Positions 1 through 15,000 of a DNA stretch of 64,000 nt are shown piece by piece. Where the stretch lies: NCBI GenBank assembly GCA_964016885.1, contig OZ024753.1:21328001-21392000 (forward strand). The letters run 5' to 3'. A program made the translations under genes and the position numbers. A model generated the notes under the pieces. It did no database searches, was not told the DNA's origin, and worked only from the letters and a program-made list of their open reading frames with translations. Numbering within the stretch: position 1 is the stretch's first letter; every line of letters starts with the position of its first letter. Source of the stretch: Eledone cirrhosa (lineage: Eukaryota).

Positions 1-3000
1 TGGTCTGTTAATATAAGAAACAGTTTGAGACTGGTCTGTTAAGACAAGAGTCAGTTTGACACTGGTCTATTAAGACAAGACATTGTTTGAGACTGGGCTG
101 TTAAGACAAGAGTCACTCTGAGATTAGTCTATTAAGACAAGAGACAGTCTGAGCCTTGTCTATTAAGACAAGAGACAGTGTGAGACTGGTCTAATATAAC
201 AAGAGACAGTCTGAGACTGGTCTGTTAAGATAAGAGACAGTTTGAGACTGGGTTATTGTGACAACATCCAGTTCGAGACTTATCTATAAAGGTAAGAGTC
301 TGACTGAGACTTGTCTGTTAAGACAAGAGATATTATGAGACTGGTATATTAAGACAAGAGCCAGTTTGAGACTGGGCTATTATGACAAGAGCCAGTTTGA
401 AACTGGGCTTTTAAGACAAGAGACAGTCTGAGACTGGGCTATTAAGAGAATAAAAAGTGTGAGACTGGGTTATTAAGACAAGAGCCAGTTTGAGACTGGT
501 CTGTTAAGATAAGACCCAGACTGAGACAAGACAGGTCTGTTAAGATAATAGACAGTCTGAGACTGGTCTGTTAAAACAAGAGACAGTTTAAGATTGGGCT
601 ATTAAGACAAGTGACGGTTTGAGACTGGGTTATTAACACAACAGTCAGTCTGAGACTAGGCTATTAAGACAAGAGACAGTTTGAGACTGGTCTGTTAAGT
701 TTTGAGCCAGTTTGAGACTGGGCTATTAAGATGAGACAGTTTGAGACTGGGCTATTAAGACAAGAGCCAGTTTCAGACTGGTCTATTAAGATAAGAGACA
801 GTCTGAGACTAGTCTGTTAAAATAAGAGACAGTTTTTATTTGGGTTATTAAGACAAGAGCCAGCTTGAGACTGGTCTTTTAAGACAAGAGACAGTTTGAG
901 ATTGGTATGTTAAGACAAGATACAGTCTGAGACTGGGTTATTAAGAAAAGAGACAGTCTGCGACTGGTCTGTTAAGTCATGAGACAGTTTGAGACTCTTC
1001 TGTTAAGATAAGAGACAGTTTGAGACTGTGCAATTAAGACAAGACACAGTTTGAGACTGGGCTATTATGATAAGAGACAGTTTGAGACTGGGTTATTCAG
1101 ACAAGAGACAGTTTGAGACTGGGTTATTAAGACAACAGACAGTTTGAGGCTGGTCTGTTAATATAAGAGACAGCCTGAGACTGGTCTGTTAAGACAAGAG
1201 TCAGTTTGAGACTGGGCTATTAAGACAAGAGCCAGTTTGAGACTGGTCTATTAAGACAAGAGATTGTTTGAGACTGGGCTGTTAAGACAAAAGACAGTTT
1301 GAGACTGGTCTGTTAAGTCAAGAGACAGTTTCAGACTGGTCTATTAAGACAAGAGACAGGGCTATTAAGCGAATAAACAGTCTGAGACTGGGTTATTAAG
1401 ACAAGTGCCGGTTTGAGACTGGTCTGTTAAGATAAGAGTCTGACTGAGACTGGCTGAGACTTGTCTGTTAAGACAAGAGATATTATGAGACTGGTCTATT
1501 AAGACAAGAGCCAGTTTGAAACTGGGCTTTTAAGACACGAGACAGTCTGAGACTGGTCTATGAAGACAATAGCCAACTTGAGAGTGGTCTATTAAGACAA
1601 GAGACAGTTTGAGACTGGGCTATTAAGAGAATAAACAGTCTGAGACTGGGTTATTAAGACAAGAGCCGGTTTGAGACTGGTCTGTTAAGATAAGACCCAG
1701 ACTGAGACAAGACAGGTTTGTTAAGATAATAGACAGTCTAAGACTGGTTTGGTAAAACAAGAGACAGTTTGAGATTGGGCTATTAAGACAAGTGACGGTT
1801 TGAGACTGGGTGATAAGACAAAAGACAGTTTGAAACTGGGTTATGAGCACAATAGACAGTCTGAGACTAGGCTATTAAGACAAGAGACAGTTTGAGACTG
1901 GTCTGTTAAGATTAGAGCCAGTTTGAGACTGGGCTATTAACATGAGACAGTTTGAGACTGGGCTATTAAGACTAGAGCCAGTTTGAGACTGTTCTGTTAA
2001 GATAAGAGACAGTTTCAGACTGTGCAAGTAAGACAAGAAACAGGTTGAGACTGGGCTATTAAGATAAGAGACAGTTTGAGACTGGGTTATTCAGACAAGA
2101 GACAGTTTGAGACTGGGTTATTAAGACAAGAGACAGTTTGAGGCTGGTCTGTTAATATAAGAGACAGCCTGAGACTGGTCTGTTAAGACAAGAGTCAGTT
2201 TGAGACTGGGCTATTAAGACAAGAGCCAGTTTGAGACTTGTTTATTAAGACAAGAGATTGTTTGAGACTGGGCTGTTAAGACTAGAGACAGTTTGAGACT
2301 GGTCTGTTAAGTCAAGAGACAGTTTCAGACTGGTCTATTAAGACAAGAGACAGGGGTATTAAGCGAATAAACAGTCTGAGACTGGGCTGTGAAGGCAAGA
2401 GACAGTCTGAGACTGGGTTATTAAGACAAGAGCCAGTTTGGGACTGGTCTGTTAAGACAAGAGAAAGTCTGAGACTGGTCTGTTAAGATAAGAGACTGTA
2501 TGAGACTGGTCTGTTAAAACAAGTGACAGTTTGAGACTGGTCTTTTAAGATAAGAGCCAGTTTGAGACTGTGCAATTAAGACAAGAGACATTTTGAGATG
2601 GGCTATTAAGATAAGAGACAGTTTGAGGCTGGTCTGTTAATATAAGAGACAGTTTGAGACTCGTCTGTTAAGACAAGAGTCAGTTTGAGACTGGTCTATT
2701 AAGACAAGAGATTGTTTGAGACTGGGCTGTTAAGACATGAGACAGTCTGAGATTGGTCTATTAAGACAAGAGACAGTTTGAGACTGGTCTATTATAACAA
2801 GAGACAGTCTGAGACTGGTCTGTTAAGATATGAGACAGTTTGAGACTGGGTTATTATGACAAAAGCCATTTCGAGACTGATCTATTAAGATGAGAGTCTG
2901 ACTGAGACTGGCTGAGACTTGTCTGTTAAGACAAGAGATATTATGAGACTGGTCTATTAAGACAAGAGCCAGTTTGAGACTGGGCTATTAAGACATGTGC

Positions 3001-6000
3001 CAGTTTGAAACTGGGCTTTTAAGACAAGAGACAGTCTGAGTCTGGTCTATGAAGACAAGAGACAGTCTTAGACTGGTCTATTAACACATGAGCCAACTTG
3101 AGACTGGTCTATTAAGACAAGAGACAGTTTGAGACTGGGCTATTAAAAGAATAAACAGTCTGAGACTGGGTTATTAAGACAAGAGCCGGTTTGAGATTGG
3201 TCTGTTAAGATAAGACCTAGACTGAGACAAGAAAGGTTTGTTAAGATAATAGACAGTCTAAGACTGGTTTGGTAAAACAAGAGACAGTTTGAGATTGGGC
3301 TATTAAGACAAGTGACGGTTTGAGACTGGGTGATAAGACAAAAGACAGTTTGAAACTGGGTTATTAGCACAACAGACAGTCTGAGACTAGGCTATTAAGA
3401 CAAGAGACAGTTTGAGACTGGTCTGTTAAGACAAGAGCCAGTTTGAGGCTGGGCAATTAAGATGAGACAGTTTGAGACTGGGCTATTAAGACTAGAGCCA
3501 GTTTCAGACTGGTCTATTAAGATAAGAGATAGTCTGAGACTAGTCTGTTAAAATAAGAGACAGTTTTTGTCTGGTTTATTAAGACAAGAGCCAGCTTGAG
3601 ACTGGTCTGTTAAGACAAGAGACAGTTTGAGATTGGTATGTTAAGACAAGATACAGTTTGAGACTGGGTTATTAAGACAAGAGACAGTCTGCGACTGGTC
3701 TGTTAAGTCATGAGACAGTTTGAGACTGGTCTGTTAAGATAAGAGACAGTTTCTGACTACTCTATTAAGACAAGAGCCAGTTTGAGACTGTTCTGTTAAG
3801 ATAAGAGACAGTTTTAGACTGGGTTATTCTGACAAGAGACAGTTTGAGACTGGGTTATTAAGACAAGAGACAGTTTGAGGCTGGTCTGTTAATATAAGAG
3901 ACAGCCTGAGACTGGTCTGTTAAGACAAGAGTCAGTTTGAGACTGGGCTATTATGACAAGAGCCGGTTTGAAACTGGGCTTTTAAGACAAGAGACAGTCT
4001 GAGACTGGTCTATGAAGACAAGAGACAGTCTAAGACTGGTCTATTAAGACAAGATCCAGTTTGAGACTGGTCTATTAAGACAAGAGACAGTTTGAGACTG
4101 GGCTATTAAGACAAGAGCCAATTTCAGACTGGTCTATTAAGATAAGAGACAGTCTGAGAATAGTCTGTTAAAATAAGAGACAGTTTTTGTCTGGGTTATT
4201 AAGACAAGAGCCAGCTTGAGACTGGTCTGTTAAGACAAGAGACAGTTTGAGATTGGTATGTTAAGACAAGATACAGTCTGAGACTGGGTTATTAAGACAA
4301 GAGACAGTCTGCGACTTGTCTGTTAAGTCATGAGACAGTTTGAGACTGGTCTATTAAGATAAGAGACAGTTTGAGACTGTGCAATTAAGATAAGAGACAG
4401 TTTGAGACTGGGTTATTCAGACAAGAGACAGTTTGAGACTGGGTTATTAAGACAATAGACAGTTTGAGGCTGGTCTGTTAATATAAGAGACAGCCTGAGA
4501 CTGGTCTGTTAAGACAAGAGTCAGGTTGAGACTGGGCTATTAAGACAAGAGCCAGTTTGAGACTGGTCTATTAAGACAAGAGATTGTTTGAGACTGGGCT
4601 GTTAAGACAAGAGACAGTTTGAGACTGGTCTGTTAAGTCAAGAGACAGTTTGAGACTGGTCTATTAAGACAAGAGACAGGGCTATTAAGCGAATAAACAG
4701 TCTGAGACTGGGTTATTAAGACAAGTGCCGGTTTGAGACTGGTCTGTTAAGATAAGTGTCTCACTGAGACTGGCTGAGACTTGTCTGTTAAGACAAGAGA
4801 TATTATGAGACTGGTCTATTAAGACAAGAGCCAGTTTGAGACTGGGCTATTAAGACAAGTGCCAGTTTGAAACTGGGCTTTTAAGACAAGAGACAGTCTG
4901 AGACTGGTCTATGAAGACAAGAGCCAACTTGAGAGTGGTCTATTAAGACAAGAGACAGTTTGAGACTGGGCTATTAAGAGAATAAACAGTCTGAGACTGG
5001 GTTATTAAGACAAGAGCCGGTTTGGGACTGGTCTGTTAAGATAAGACCCAGACTGAGACAAGACAGGTTTGTTAAGATAATAGACAGTCTAAGACTGGTT
5101 TGGTAAAACAAGAGACAGTTTGAGATTGGGCTATTAAGACAAGTGACGGTTTGAGACTGGGTGATAAGACAAAAGACAGTTTGAAACTGGGTTATGAGCA
5201 CAATAGACAGTCTGAGACTAGGCTATTAAGACAAGAGACAGTTTGAGACTGGTCTGTTAAGATTAGAGCCAGTTTGAGACTGGGCTATTAAGATGAGACA
5301 GTTTGAGACTGGGCTATTAAGACTAGAGCCAGTTTGAGACTGTTCTGTTAAGATAAGAGACAGTTTGAGACTGTGCAATTGAGACAAGAAACAGGTTGAG
5401 ACTGGGCTATTAAGATAAGAGACAGTTTGAGACTGGGTTATTCAGACAAGAGACAGTTTGAGTCTGGGTTATTAAGACAAGAGACAGTTTGAGGCTGGTC
5501 TGTTAATATAAGAGACAGCCTGAGACTGGTCTGTTAAGACAAGAGTCAGTTTGAGACTGGGCTATTAAGACAAGAGCCAGTTTGAGACTTGTTTATTAAG
5601 ACAAGAGATTGTTTGAGACTGGGCTGTTAAGACAAGAGACAGTTTGAGACTGATCTGCTAAGTCAAGAGACAGTTTCAGACTGGTCTATTAAGACAAGAG
5701 ACAGGGCTATTAAGCGAATAAACAGTCTGAGACTGGGCTGTGAAGGCAAGAGACAGTCTGAGACTGGGTTATTAAGACAAGAGCCAGTTTGAGACTGGGC
5801 TATTAAGACATGTGCCAGTTTGAAACTGGGCTTTTAAGACAAGAGACAGCCTGAGTCTGGTCTATGAAGACAAGAGACAGTCTGAGACTGGTCTATTAAG
5901 ACACAAGCCAACTTGAGACTGGTCTATTAAGACAAGAGACAGTTTGAGACTGGGCTATTAAGAGAATAAACAGTCTGAGACTGGGTTATTAAGACAAGAG

Positions 6001-9000
6001 CCGGTTTGAGATTGGTCTGTTAAGATAAGACCCAGACTGAGACAAGACAGGTCTGTTAAGATAATAGACAGTCTGAGACTGGTCTAGTAAAACAAGAGAC
6101 AGTTTTAGATTGGGCTATTAAGACAAGTGACGGTTTGAGACTGGGTGATAAGACAAAAGACAGTTTGAAACTGGGTTATTAGCACAACAGACAGTCTGAG
6201 ACTAGGCTATTAAGACAAAAGACAGTTTGAAACTGGGTTATTAGCACAACAGACAGTCTGAGACTAGGCTATTAAGACAAGAGACAGTTTCAGACTGGTC
6301 TGTTAAGACAAGAGCCAGTTTGAGACTGGGCAATTAAGATGAGACAGTTTGAGACTGGGCTATTAAGACTAGAGCCAGTTTCAGACTGGTCTATTAAGAT
6401 AAGAGATAGTCTGAGACTAGTCTGTTAAAATAAGAGACAGTTTTTGTCTGGGTTATTAAGACAAGAGCCAGCTTGAGACTGATCTGTTAAGACAAGAGAC
6501 AGTTTGAGATTGGTATGTTAAGACAAGATACAGTTTGAGACTGGGTTATTAAGACAAGAGACAGTCTACGACTGGTCTGTTAAGTCATGAGACAGTTTGA
6601 GACTGGTCTGTTAAGATAAGAGACAGTTTCTGACTACTCTATTAAGACAAGAGCCAGTTTGAGACTGTTCTGTTAAGATAAGAGACAGTTTTAGACTGGG
6701 TTATTCAGACAAGAGACAGTTTGAGACTGGGTTATTAAGACAAGAGACAGTTTGAGGCTGGTCTGTTAATATAAGAGACAGCCTGAGACTGGTCTGTTAA
6801 GACAAGAGTCAGTTTGAGACTGGGCTATTATGACAAGAGCCGGTTTGAAACTGGGCTTTTAAGACAAGAGACAGTCTGAGACTGGTCTATGAAGACAAGA
6901 GACAGTCTAAGACTGGTCTATTAAGACAAGATCCAGTTTGAGACTGGTCTATTAAGACAAGAGACAGTTTGAGACTGGGCTATTAAGACAAGAGCCAATT
7001 TCAGACTGGTCTATTAAGATAAGAGACAGTCTGAGAATAGTCTGTTAAAATAAGAGACAGTTTTTGTCTGGGTTATTAAGACAAGAGCCAGCTTGAGACT
7101 GGTCTGTTAAGACAAGAGACAGTTTGAGATTGGTATGTTAAGACAAGATACAGTCTGAGACTGGGTTATTAAGACAAGAGACAGTCTGCGACTGGTCTGT
7201 TAAGTCATGAGACAGTTTGAGACTGGTCTTTTAAGATAAGAGACAGTTTGAGACTGTGCAATTAAGACAAGAAACAGTTTGAGACTGGGCTATTAAGATA
7301 AGAGACAGTTTGAGACTGGGTTATTCAGACAAGAGACAGTTTGAGACTGGGTTATTAAGACAATAGACAGTTTGAGGCTGGTCTGTTAATATAAGAGACA
7401 GCCTGAGACTGGTCTGTTAAGACAAGAGTCAGGTTGAGACTGGGCTATTAAGACAAGAGCCAGTTTGAGACTGGTCTATTAAGAAAAGAGATTGTTTGAG
7501 ACTGGGCTGTTAAGACAAGAGACAGTTTGAGACTGGTCTGTTAAGTCAAGAGACAGTTTGAGACTGATCTATTAAGACAAGAGACAGGGCTATTAAGCGA
7601 ATAAACAGTCTGAGACTGGGCTGTGAAGGCAAGAGACAGTCTGAGACTGGGTTATTAAGACAAGAGCCAGTTTGGGACTGGTCTGTTAAGACAAGAGACA
7701 GTCTGAGACTGGTCTGTTAAAACAAGTGACAGTTTGAGACTGGTTTTTTAAGATAAGAGCCAGTTTGAGACTGTGCAATTAAGACAAGAGACAGTTTGAG
7801 ATGGGCTATTAAGATAAGAGACAGTTTGAGACTGGTCTAATATAACAAGAGACAGTCTGAGACTGGTCTGTTAAGATAAGAGACAGTTTGAGACTGGGTT
7901 GTTATGACAAAAGCCATTTCGAGACTGATCTATTAAGATAAGAGTCTGACTGAGACTGGCTGAGACTTGTCTGTTAAGACAAGAGATATTATTAGACTGG
8001 TTTATTAAGACAAGAGCCAGTTTGAGACTGGGCTATTAAGACAAGTGCCAGTTTGAAACTGGGCTTTTAAGACAAAAGACAGTCTGAGACTGGTCTATGA
8101 AAACAAGAGACAGTCTGAGACTGGTCTATTAAGACAAGAGCCAACTTGAGACTGGTCTATTAAGACAAGAGACAGTTTGAGACTGGGCTATTAAGACAAG
8201 AGCCAATTTCAGACTGGTCTATTAAGATAAGAGACAGTCTGAGACTAGTCTGTTAAAATAAGAGACAGTTTTTGTCTGGTTTATTAAGACAAGAGCCAGC
8301 TTGAGACTGGTCTGTTAAGACAAGAGACAGTTTGAGATTGGTATGTTAAGACAAGATACAGTTTGAGACTGGGTTATTAAGACAAGAGACAGTCTGCGAC
8401 TGGTCTGTTAAGTCATGAGACAGTTTGAGACTGGTCTGTTAAGATAAGAGACAGTTTCTGACTACTCTATTAAGACAAGAGCCAGTTTGAGACTGTTCTG
8501 TTAAGATAAGAGACAGTTTTAGACTGGGTTATTCTGACAAGAGACAGTTTGAGACTGGGTTATTAAGACAAGAGACAGTTTGAGGCTGGTCTGTTAATAT
8601 AAGAGACAGCCTGAGACTGGTCTGTTAAGACAAGAGTCAGTTTGAGACTGGGCTATTATGACAAGAGCCGGTTTGAAACTGGGCTTTTAAGACAAGAGAC
8701 AGTCTGAGACTGGTCTATGAAGACAAGATCCAGTTTGAGACTGGTCTATTAAGACAAGAGACAGTTTGAGACTGGGCTATTAAGACAAGAGCCAATTTCA
8801 GACTGGTCTATTAAGATAAGAGACAGTCTGAGAATAGTCTGTTAAAATAAGAGACAGTTTTTGTCTGGGTTATTAAGACAAGAGCCAGCTTGAGACTGGT
8901 CTGTTAAGACAAGAGACAGTTTGAGATTGGTATGTTAAGACAAGATACAGTCTGAGACTGGGTTATTAAGACAAGAGACAGTCTGCGACTGGTCTGTTAA

Positions 9001-12000
9001 GTCATGAGACAGTTTGAGACTGGTCTATTAAGATAAGAGACAGTTTGAGACTGTGCAATTAAGATAAGAGACAGTTTGAGACTGGGTTATTCAGACAAGA
9101 GACAGTTTGAGACTGGGTTATTAAGACAATAGACAGTTTGAGGCTGGTCTGTTAATATAAGAGACAGCCTGAGACTGGTCTGTTAAGACAAGAGTCAGGT
9201 TGAGACTGGGCTATTAAGACAAGAGCCAGTTTGAGACTGGTCTATTAAGACAAGAGATTGTTTGAGACTGGGCTGTTAAGACAAGAGACAGTTTGAGACT
9301 GGTCTGTTAAGTCAAGAGACAGTTTGAGACTGGTCTATTAAGACAAGAGACAGGGCTATTAAGCGAATAAACAGTCTGAGACTGGGTTATTAAGACAAGT
9401 GCCGGTTTGAGACTGGTCTGTTAAGATAAGAGTCTGACTGAGACTGGCTGAGACTTGTCTGTTAAGACAAGAGATATTATGAGACTGGTCTATTAAGACA
9501 AGAGCCAGTTTGAGACTGGGCTATTAAGACAAGTGCCAGTTTGAAACTGGGCTTTTAAGACAAGAGACAGTCTGAGACTGGTCTATGAAGACAAGAGCCA
9601 ACTTGAGAGTGGTCTATTAAGACAAGAGACAGTTTGAGACTGGGCTATTAAGAGAATAAACAGTCTGAGACTGGGTTATTAAGACAAGAGCCGGTTTGAG
9701 ACTGGTCTGTTAAGATAAGACCCAGACTGAGACAAGACAGGTTTGTTAAGATAATAGACAGTCTAAGACTGGTTTGGTAAAACAAGAGACAGTTTGAGAT
9801 TGGGCTATTAAGACAAGTGACGGTTTGAGACTGGGTGATAAGACAAAAGACATTTTGAAACTGGGTTATGAGCACAATAGACAATCTGAGACTAGGCTAT
9901 TAAGACAAGAGACAGTTTGAGACTGGTCTGTTAAGATTAGAGCCAGTTTGAGACTGGGCTATTAAGATGAGACAGTTTGAGACTGGGCTATTAAGACTAG
10001 AGCCAGTTTGAGACTGTTCTGTTAAGATAAGAGACAGTTTGAGACTGTGCAATTAAGACAAGAAACAGGTTGAGACTGGGCTATTAAGATAAGAGACAGT
10101 TTGAGACTGGGTTATTCAGACAAGAGACAGTTTGAGACTGGGTTATTAAGACAAGAGACAGTTTGAGGCTGGTCTGTTAATATAAGAGACAGCCTGAGAC
10201 TGGTCTGTTAAGACAAGAGTCAGTTTGAGACTGGGCTATTAAGACAAGAGCCAGTTTGAGACTTGTTTATTAAGACAAGAGATTGTTTGAGACTGGGCTG
10301 TTAAGACAAGAGACAGTTTGAGACTGATCTGCTAAGTCAAGAGACAGTTTCAGACTGGTCTATTAAGACAAGAGACAGGGCTATTAAGCGAATAAACAGT
10401 CTGAGACTGGGCTGTGAAGGCAAGAGACAGTCTGAGACTGGGTTATTAAGACAAGAGCCAGTTTGGGACTGGTCTGTTAAGACAAGAGAAAGTCTGAGAC
10501 TGGTCTGTTAAGATAATGACTGTATGAGACTGGTCTGTTAAAACAAGTGACAGGTTGAGACTGGTCTTTTAAGATAAGAGCCAGTTTGAGACTGTGCAAT
10601 TAAGACAAGAGACATTTTGAGATGGGCTATTAAGATAAGAGACAGTTTGAGGCTGGTATGTTAATATAAGAGTCAGTTTGAGACTGGTCTATTAAGACAA
10701 GAGATTGTTTGAGACTGGGCTGTTAAGACATGAGACAGTCTGAGATTGGTCTATTAAGACAAGAGACAGTTTGAGACTGGTCTATTATAACAAGAGACAG
10801 TCTGAGACTGGTCTGTTAAGATAAGAGACAGTTTGAGACTGGGTTATTATGACAAAAGCCATTTCGAGACTGATCTATTAAGATGAGAGTCTGACTGAGA
10901 CTGGCTGAGACTTGTCTGTTAAGACAAGAGATATTATGAGACTGGTCTATTAAGACAAGAGCCAGTTTGAGACTGGGCTATTAAGACATGTGCCAGTTTG
11001 AAACTGGGCTTTTAAGACAAGAGACAGCCTGAGTCTGGTCTATGAAGACAAGAGACAGTCTGAGACTGGTCTATTAAGACACAAGCCAACTTGAGACTGG
11101 TCTATTAAGACAAGAGACAGTTTGAGACTGGGCTATTAAGAGAATAAACAGTCTGAGACTGGGTTATTAAGACAAGAGCCGGTTTGAGATTGGTCTGTTA
11201 AGATAAGACCCAGACTGAGACAAGACAGGTCTGTTAAGATAATAGACAGTCTGAGACTGGTCTGGTAAAACAAGAGACAGTTTTAGATTGGGCTATTAAG
11301 ACAAGTGACGGTTTGAGACTGGGTGATAAGACAAAAGACAGTTTGAAACTGGGTTATTAGCACAACAGACAGTCTGAGACTAGGCTATTAAGACAAAAGA
11401 CAGTTTGAAACTGGGTTATTAGCACAACAGACAGTCTGAGACTAGGCTATTAAGACAAGAGACAGTTTCAGACTGGTCTGTTAAGACAAGAGCCAGTTTG
11501 AGACTGGGCAATTAAGATGAGACAGTTTGAGACTGGGCTATTAAGACTAGAGCCAGTTTCAGACTGGTCTATTAAGATAAGAGATAGTCTGAGACTAGTC
11601 TGTTAAAATAAGAGACAGTTTTTGTCTGGGTTATTAAGACAAGAGCCAGCTTGAGACTGATCTGTTAAGACAAGAGACAGTTTGAGATTGGTATGTTAAG
11701 ACAAGATACAGTTTGAGACTGGGTTATTAAGACAAGAGACAGTCTACGACTGGTCTGTTAAGTCATGAGACAGTTTGAGACTGGTCTGTTAAGATAAGAG
11801 ACAGTTTCTGACTACTCTATTAAGACAAGAGCCAGTTTGAGACTGTTCTGTTAAGATAAGAGACAGTTTTAGACTGGGTTATTCAGACAAGAGACAGTTT
11901 GAGACTGGGTTATTAAGACAAGAGACAGTTTGAGGCTGGTCTGTTAATATAAGAGACAGCCTGAGACTGGTCTGTTAAGACAAGAGTCAGTTTGAGACTG

Positions 12001-15000
12001 GGCTATTATGACAAGAGCCGGTTTGAAACTGGGCTTTTAAGACAAGAGACAGTCTGAGACTGGTCTATGAAGACAAGAGACAGTCTAAGACTGGTCTATT
12101 AAGACAAGATCCAGTTTGAGACTGGTCTATTAAGACAAGAGACAGTTTGAGACTGGGCTATTAAGACAAGAGCCAATTTCAGACTGGTCTATTAAGATAA
12201 GAGACAGTCTGAGAATAGTCTGTTAAAATAAGAGACAGTTTTTGTCTGGGTTATTAAGACAAGAGCCAGCTTGAGACTGGTCTGTTAAGACAAGAGACAG
12301 TTTGAGATTGGTATGTTAAGACAAGATACAGTCTGAGACTGGGTTATTAAGACAAGAGACAGTCTGCGACTGGTCTGTTAAGTCATGAGACAGTTTGAGA
12401 CTGGTCTGTTAAGATAAGAGACAGTTTGAGACTGTGCAATTAAGACAAGAAACAGTTTGAGACTGGGCTATTAAGATAAGAGACAGTTTGAGACTGGGTT
12501 ATTCAGACAAGAGACAGTTTGAGACTGGGTTATTAAGACAATAGACAGTTTGAGGCTGGTCTGTTAATATAAGAGACAGCCTGAGACTGGTCTGTTAAGA
12601 CAAGAGTCAGGTTGAGACTGGGCTATTAAGACAAGAGCCAGTTTGAGACTGGTCTATTAAGACAAGAGATTGTTTGAGACTGGGCTGTTAAGACAAGAGA
12701 CAGTTTGAGACTGGTCTGTTAAGTCAAGAGACAGTTTGAGACTGATCTATTAAGACAAGAGACAGGGCTATTAAGCGAATAAACAGTCTGAGACTGGGCT
12801 GTGAAGGCAAGAGACAGTCTGAGACTGGGTTATTAAGACAAGAGCCAGTTTGGGACTGGTCTGTTAAGACAAGAGACAGTCTGAGACTGGTCTGTTAAAA
12901 CAAGTGACAGTTTGAGACTGGTTTTTTAAGATAAGAGCCAGTTTGAGACTGTGCAATTAAGACAAGAGACAGTTTGAGATGGGCTATTAAGATAAGAGAC
13001 AGTTTGAGACTGGTCTAATATAACAAGAGACAGTCTGAGACTGGTCTGTTAAGATAAGAGACAGTTTGAGACTGGGTTGTTATGACAAAAGCCATTTCGA
13101 GACTGATCTATTAAGATAAGAGTCTGACTGAGACTGGCTGAGACTTGTCTGTTAAGACAAGAGATATTATTAGACTGGTTTATTAAGACAAGAGCCAGTT
13201 TGAGACTGGGCTATTAAGACAAGTGCCACTTTGAAACTGGGCTTTTAAGACAAAAGACAGTCTGAGACTGGTCTATGAAAACAAGAGACAGTCTGAGACT
13301 GGTCTATTAAGACAAGAGCCAACTTGAGACTGGTCTATTAAGACAAGAGACAGTTTGAGACTGGGCTATTAAGAGAATAAACAGTCTGAGACTGAGTTAT
13401 TAAGACAAGAGCCGGTTTGAGACTGGTCTGTTAAGACAAGACACAGACTGAGACAAGACAGGTCTGTTAAGATAATAGACAGTCTGGGACTGTTCTGGTA
13501 AAACAAGAGACAGTTTGAGATTGGGCTATTAAGACCAGTGAGGGTTTGAGACGGGGTGATAAGACAAAAGACAGTTTGAAACTGGGTTATTAGCACAACA
13601 GACAATCTGAGACTAGTCTATTAAGACAAGAGACAGTTTGAGACTGGTCTGTTAATATTTGAGCCAGTTTGAGACTGGGCTAATAAGATGAGACAGTTTG
13701 AGACTGGGCTATTAAGACAAGAGCCAGTTTCAGACTGGTCTATTAAGATAAGAGACAGTCTGAGACTAGTCTGTTAAAATAAGAGACAGTTTTTGTCTGG
13801 GTTATTAAGACAAGAGCCAGCTTGAGACTGGTCTGTTAAGACAAGAGACAGCTTGAGATTGGTATGTAAAGACAAGATACAATCTGAGACTGAGTTATTA
13901 AGACAAGAGACAGTCTGCGACTGGTCTGTTAATTCATGAGACAGTTTGAGACTCTTCTGTTAAGATAAGAGACAGTTTGAGACTGTGCAATTAAGACAAG
14001 AAACAGTTTGAGACTGGGCTATTAAGATAAGAGACAGTTTGAGACTGGGTTATTCAGACAAGAGACAGTTTGAGACTGGGTTATGAAGACAAGAGACAGT
14101 TTGAGGATGGTCTATTAATATAAGAGACAGCCTGAGACTGGTCTGTTAAGACAAGAGTCAGCTTGAGACTGGGCTATTAAGACAAGAGCCAGTTTGAGAC
14201 TGGTCTATTAAGACAAGAGATTGTTTGAGACTGGGCTGTTAAGTCAAGAGACAGTTTGAGACTGGTCTATTAAGACAAGAGACAGTTTGAGACTGGGTTA
14301 TTAAGACAAGAGGCAGTTTGAGATGGGCTATTAAGATAAGAGACTGTTTGAGGCTGGTCTGTTAATATAAGAAACAGTTTGAGACTGGTCTATTAAGACA
14401 AGACATTATTTGAGACTGGGCTGTTAAGACAAGAGACAGTTTGAGACTGGTCTGTTATGTCAAGAGACAGTTTGAGACTGGTCTATTAAGACAAGAGATA
14501 GGGCTATTATGCGAATAAACAGTCTGAGACTGGGCTGTGAAGGCAAGAGACAGTCTGAGACTGGGTTATTAAGACAAGAGCCAGTTTGGGACTGGTCTGT
14601 TAAGACAAGAGACAGTCTGAGACTGGTCTGTTAAAACAAGTGACAGTTTGAGACTGGTCTTTTAAGATAAGAGCCAGTTTGAGACTGTGCAATTAAGACA
14701 AGAGACAGTTTGAGATGGGCTATTAAGATAAGAGACTGTTTGAGGCTGGTCTGTTAATATAAGAAACAGTTTGAGACTGGTCTCTTAAGACAAGAGTCAG
14801 TTTGAGACTGGTCTATTAAGACAAGACATTGTTTGAGACTGGGCTGTTAAGACAAGCGTCACTCTGAGATTAGTCTATTAAGACAAGAGACAGTCTGAGA
14901 CTGGTCTATTAAGACAAGAGACAGTGTGAGACTGGTCTAATATAACAAGAGACAGTCTGAGACTGGTCTGTTAAGATAAGAGACAGTTTGAGACTGGGTT

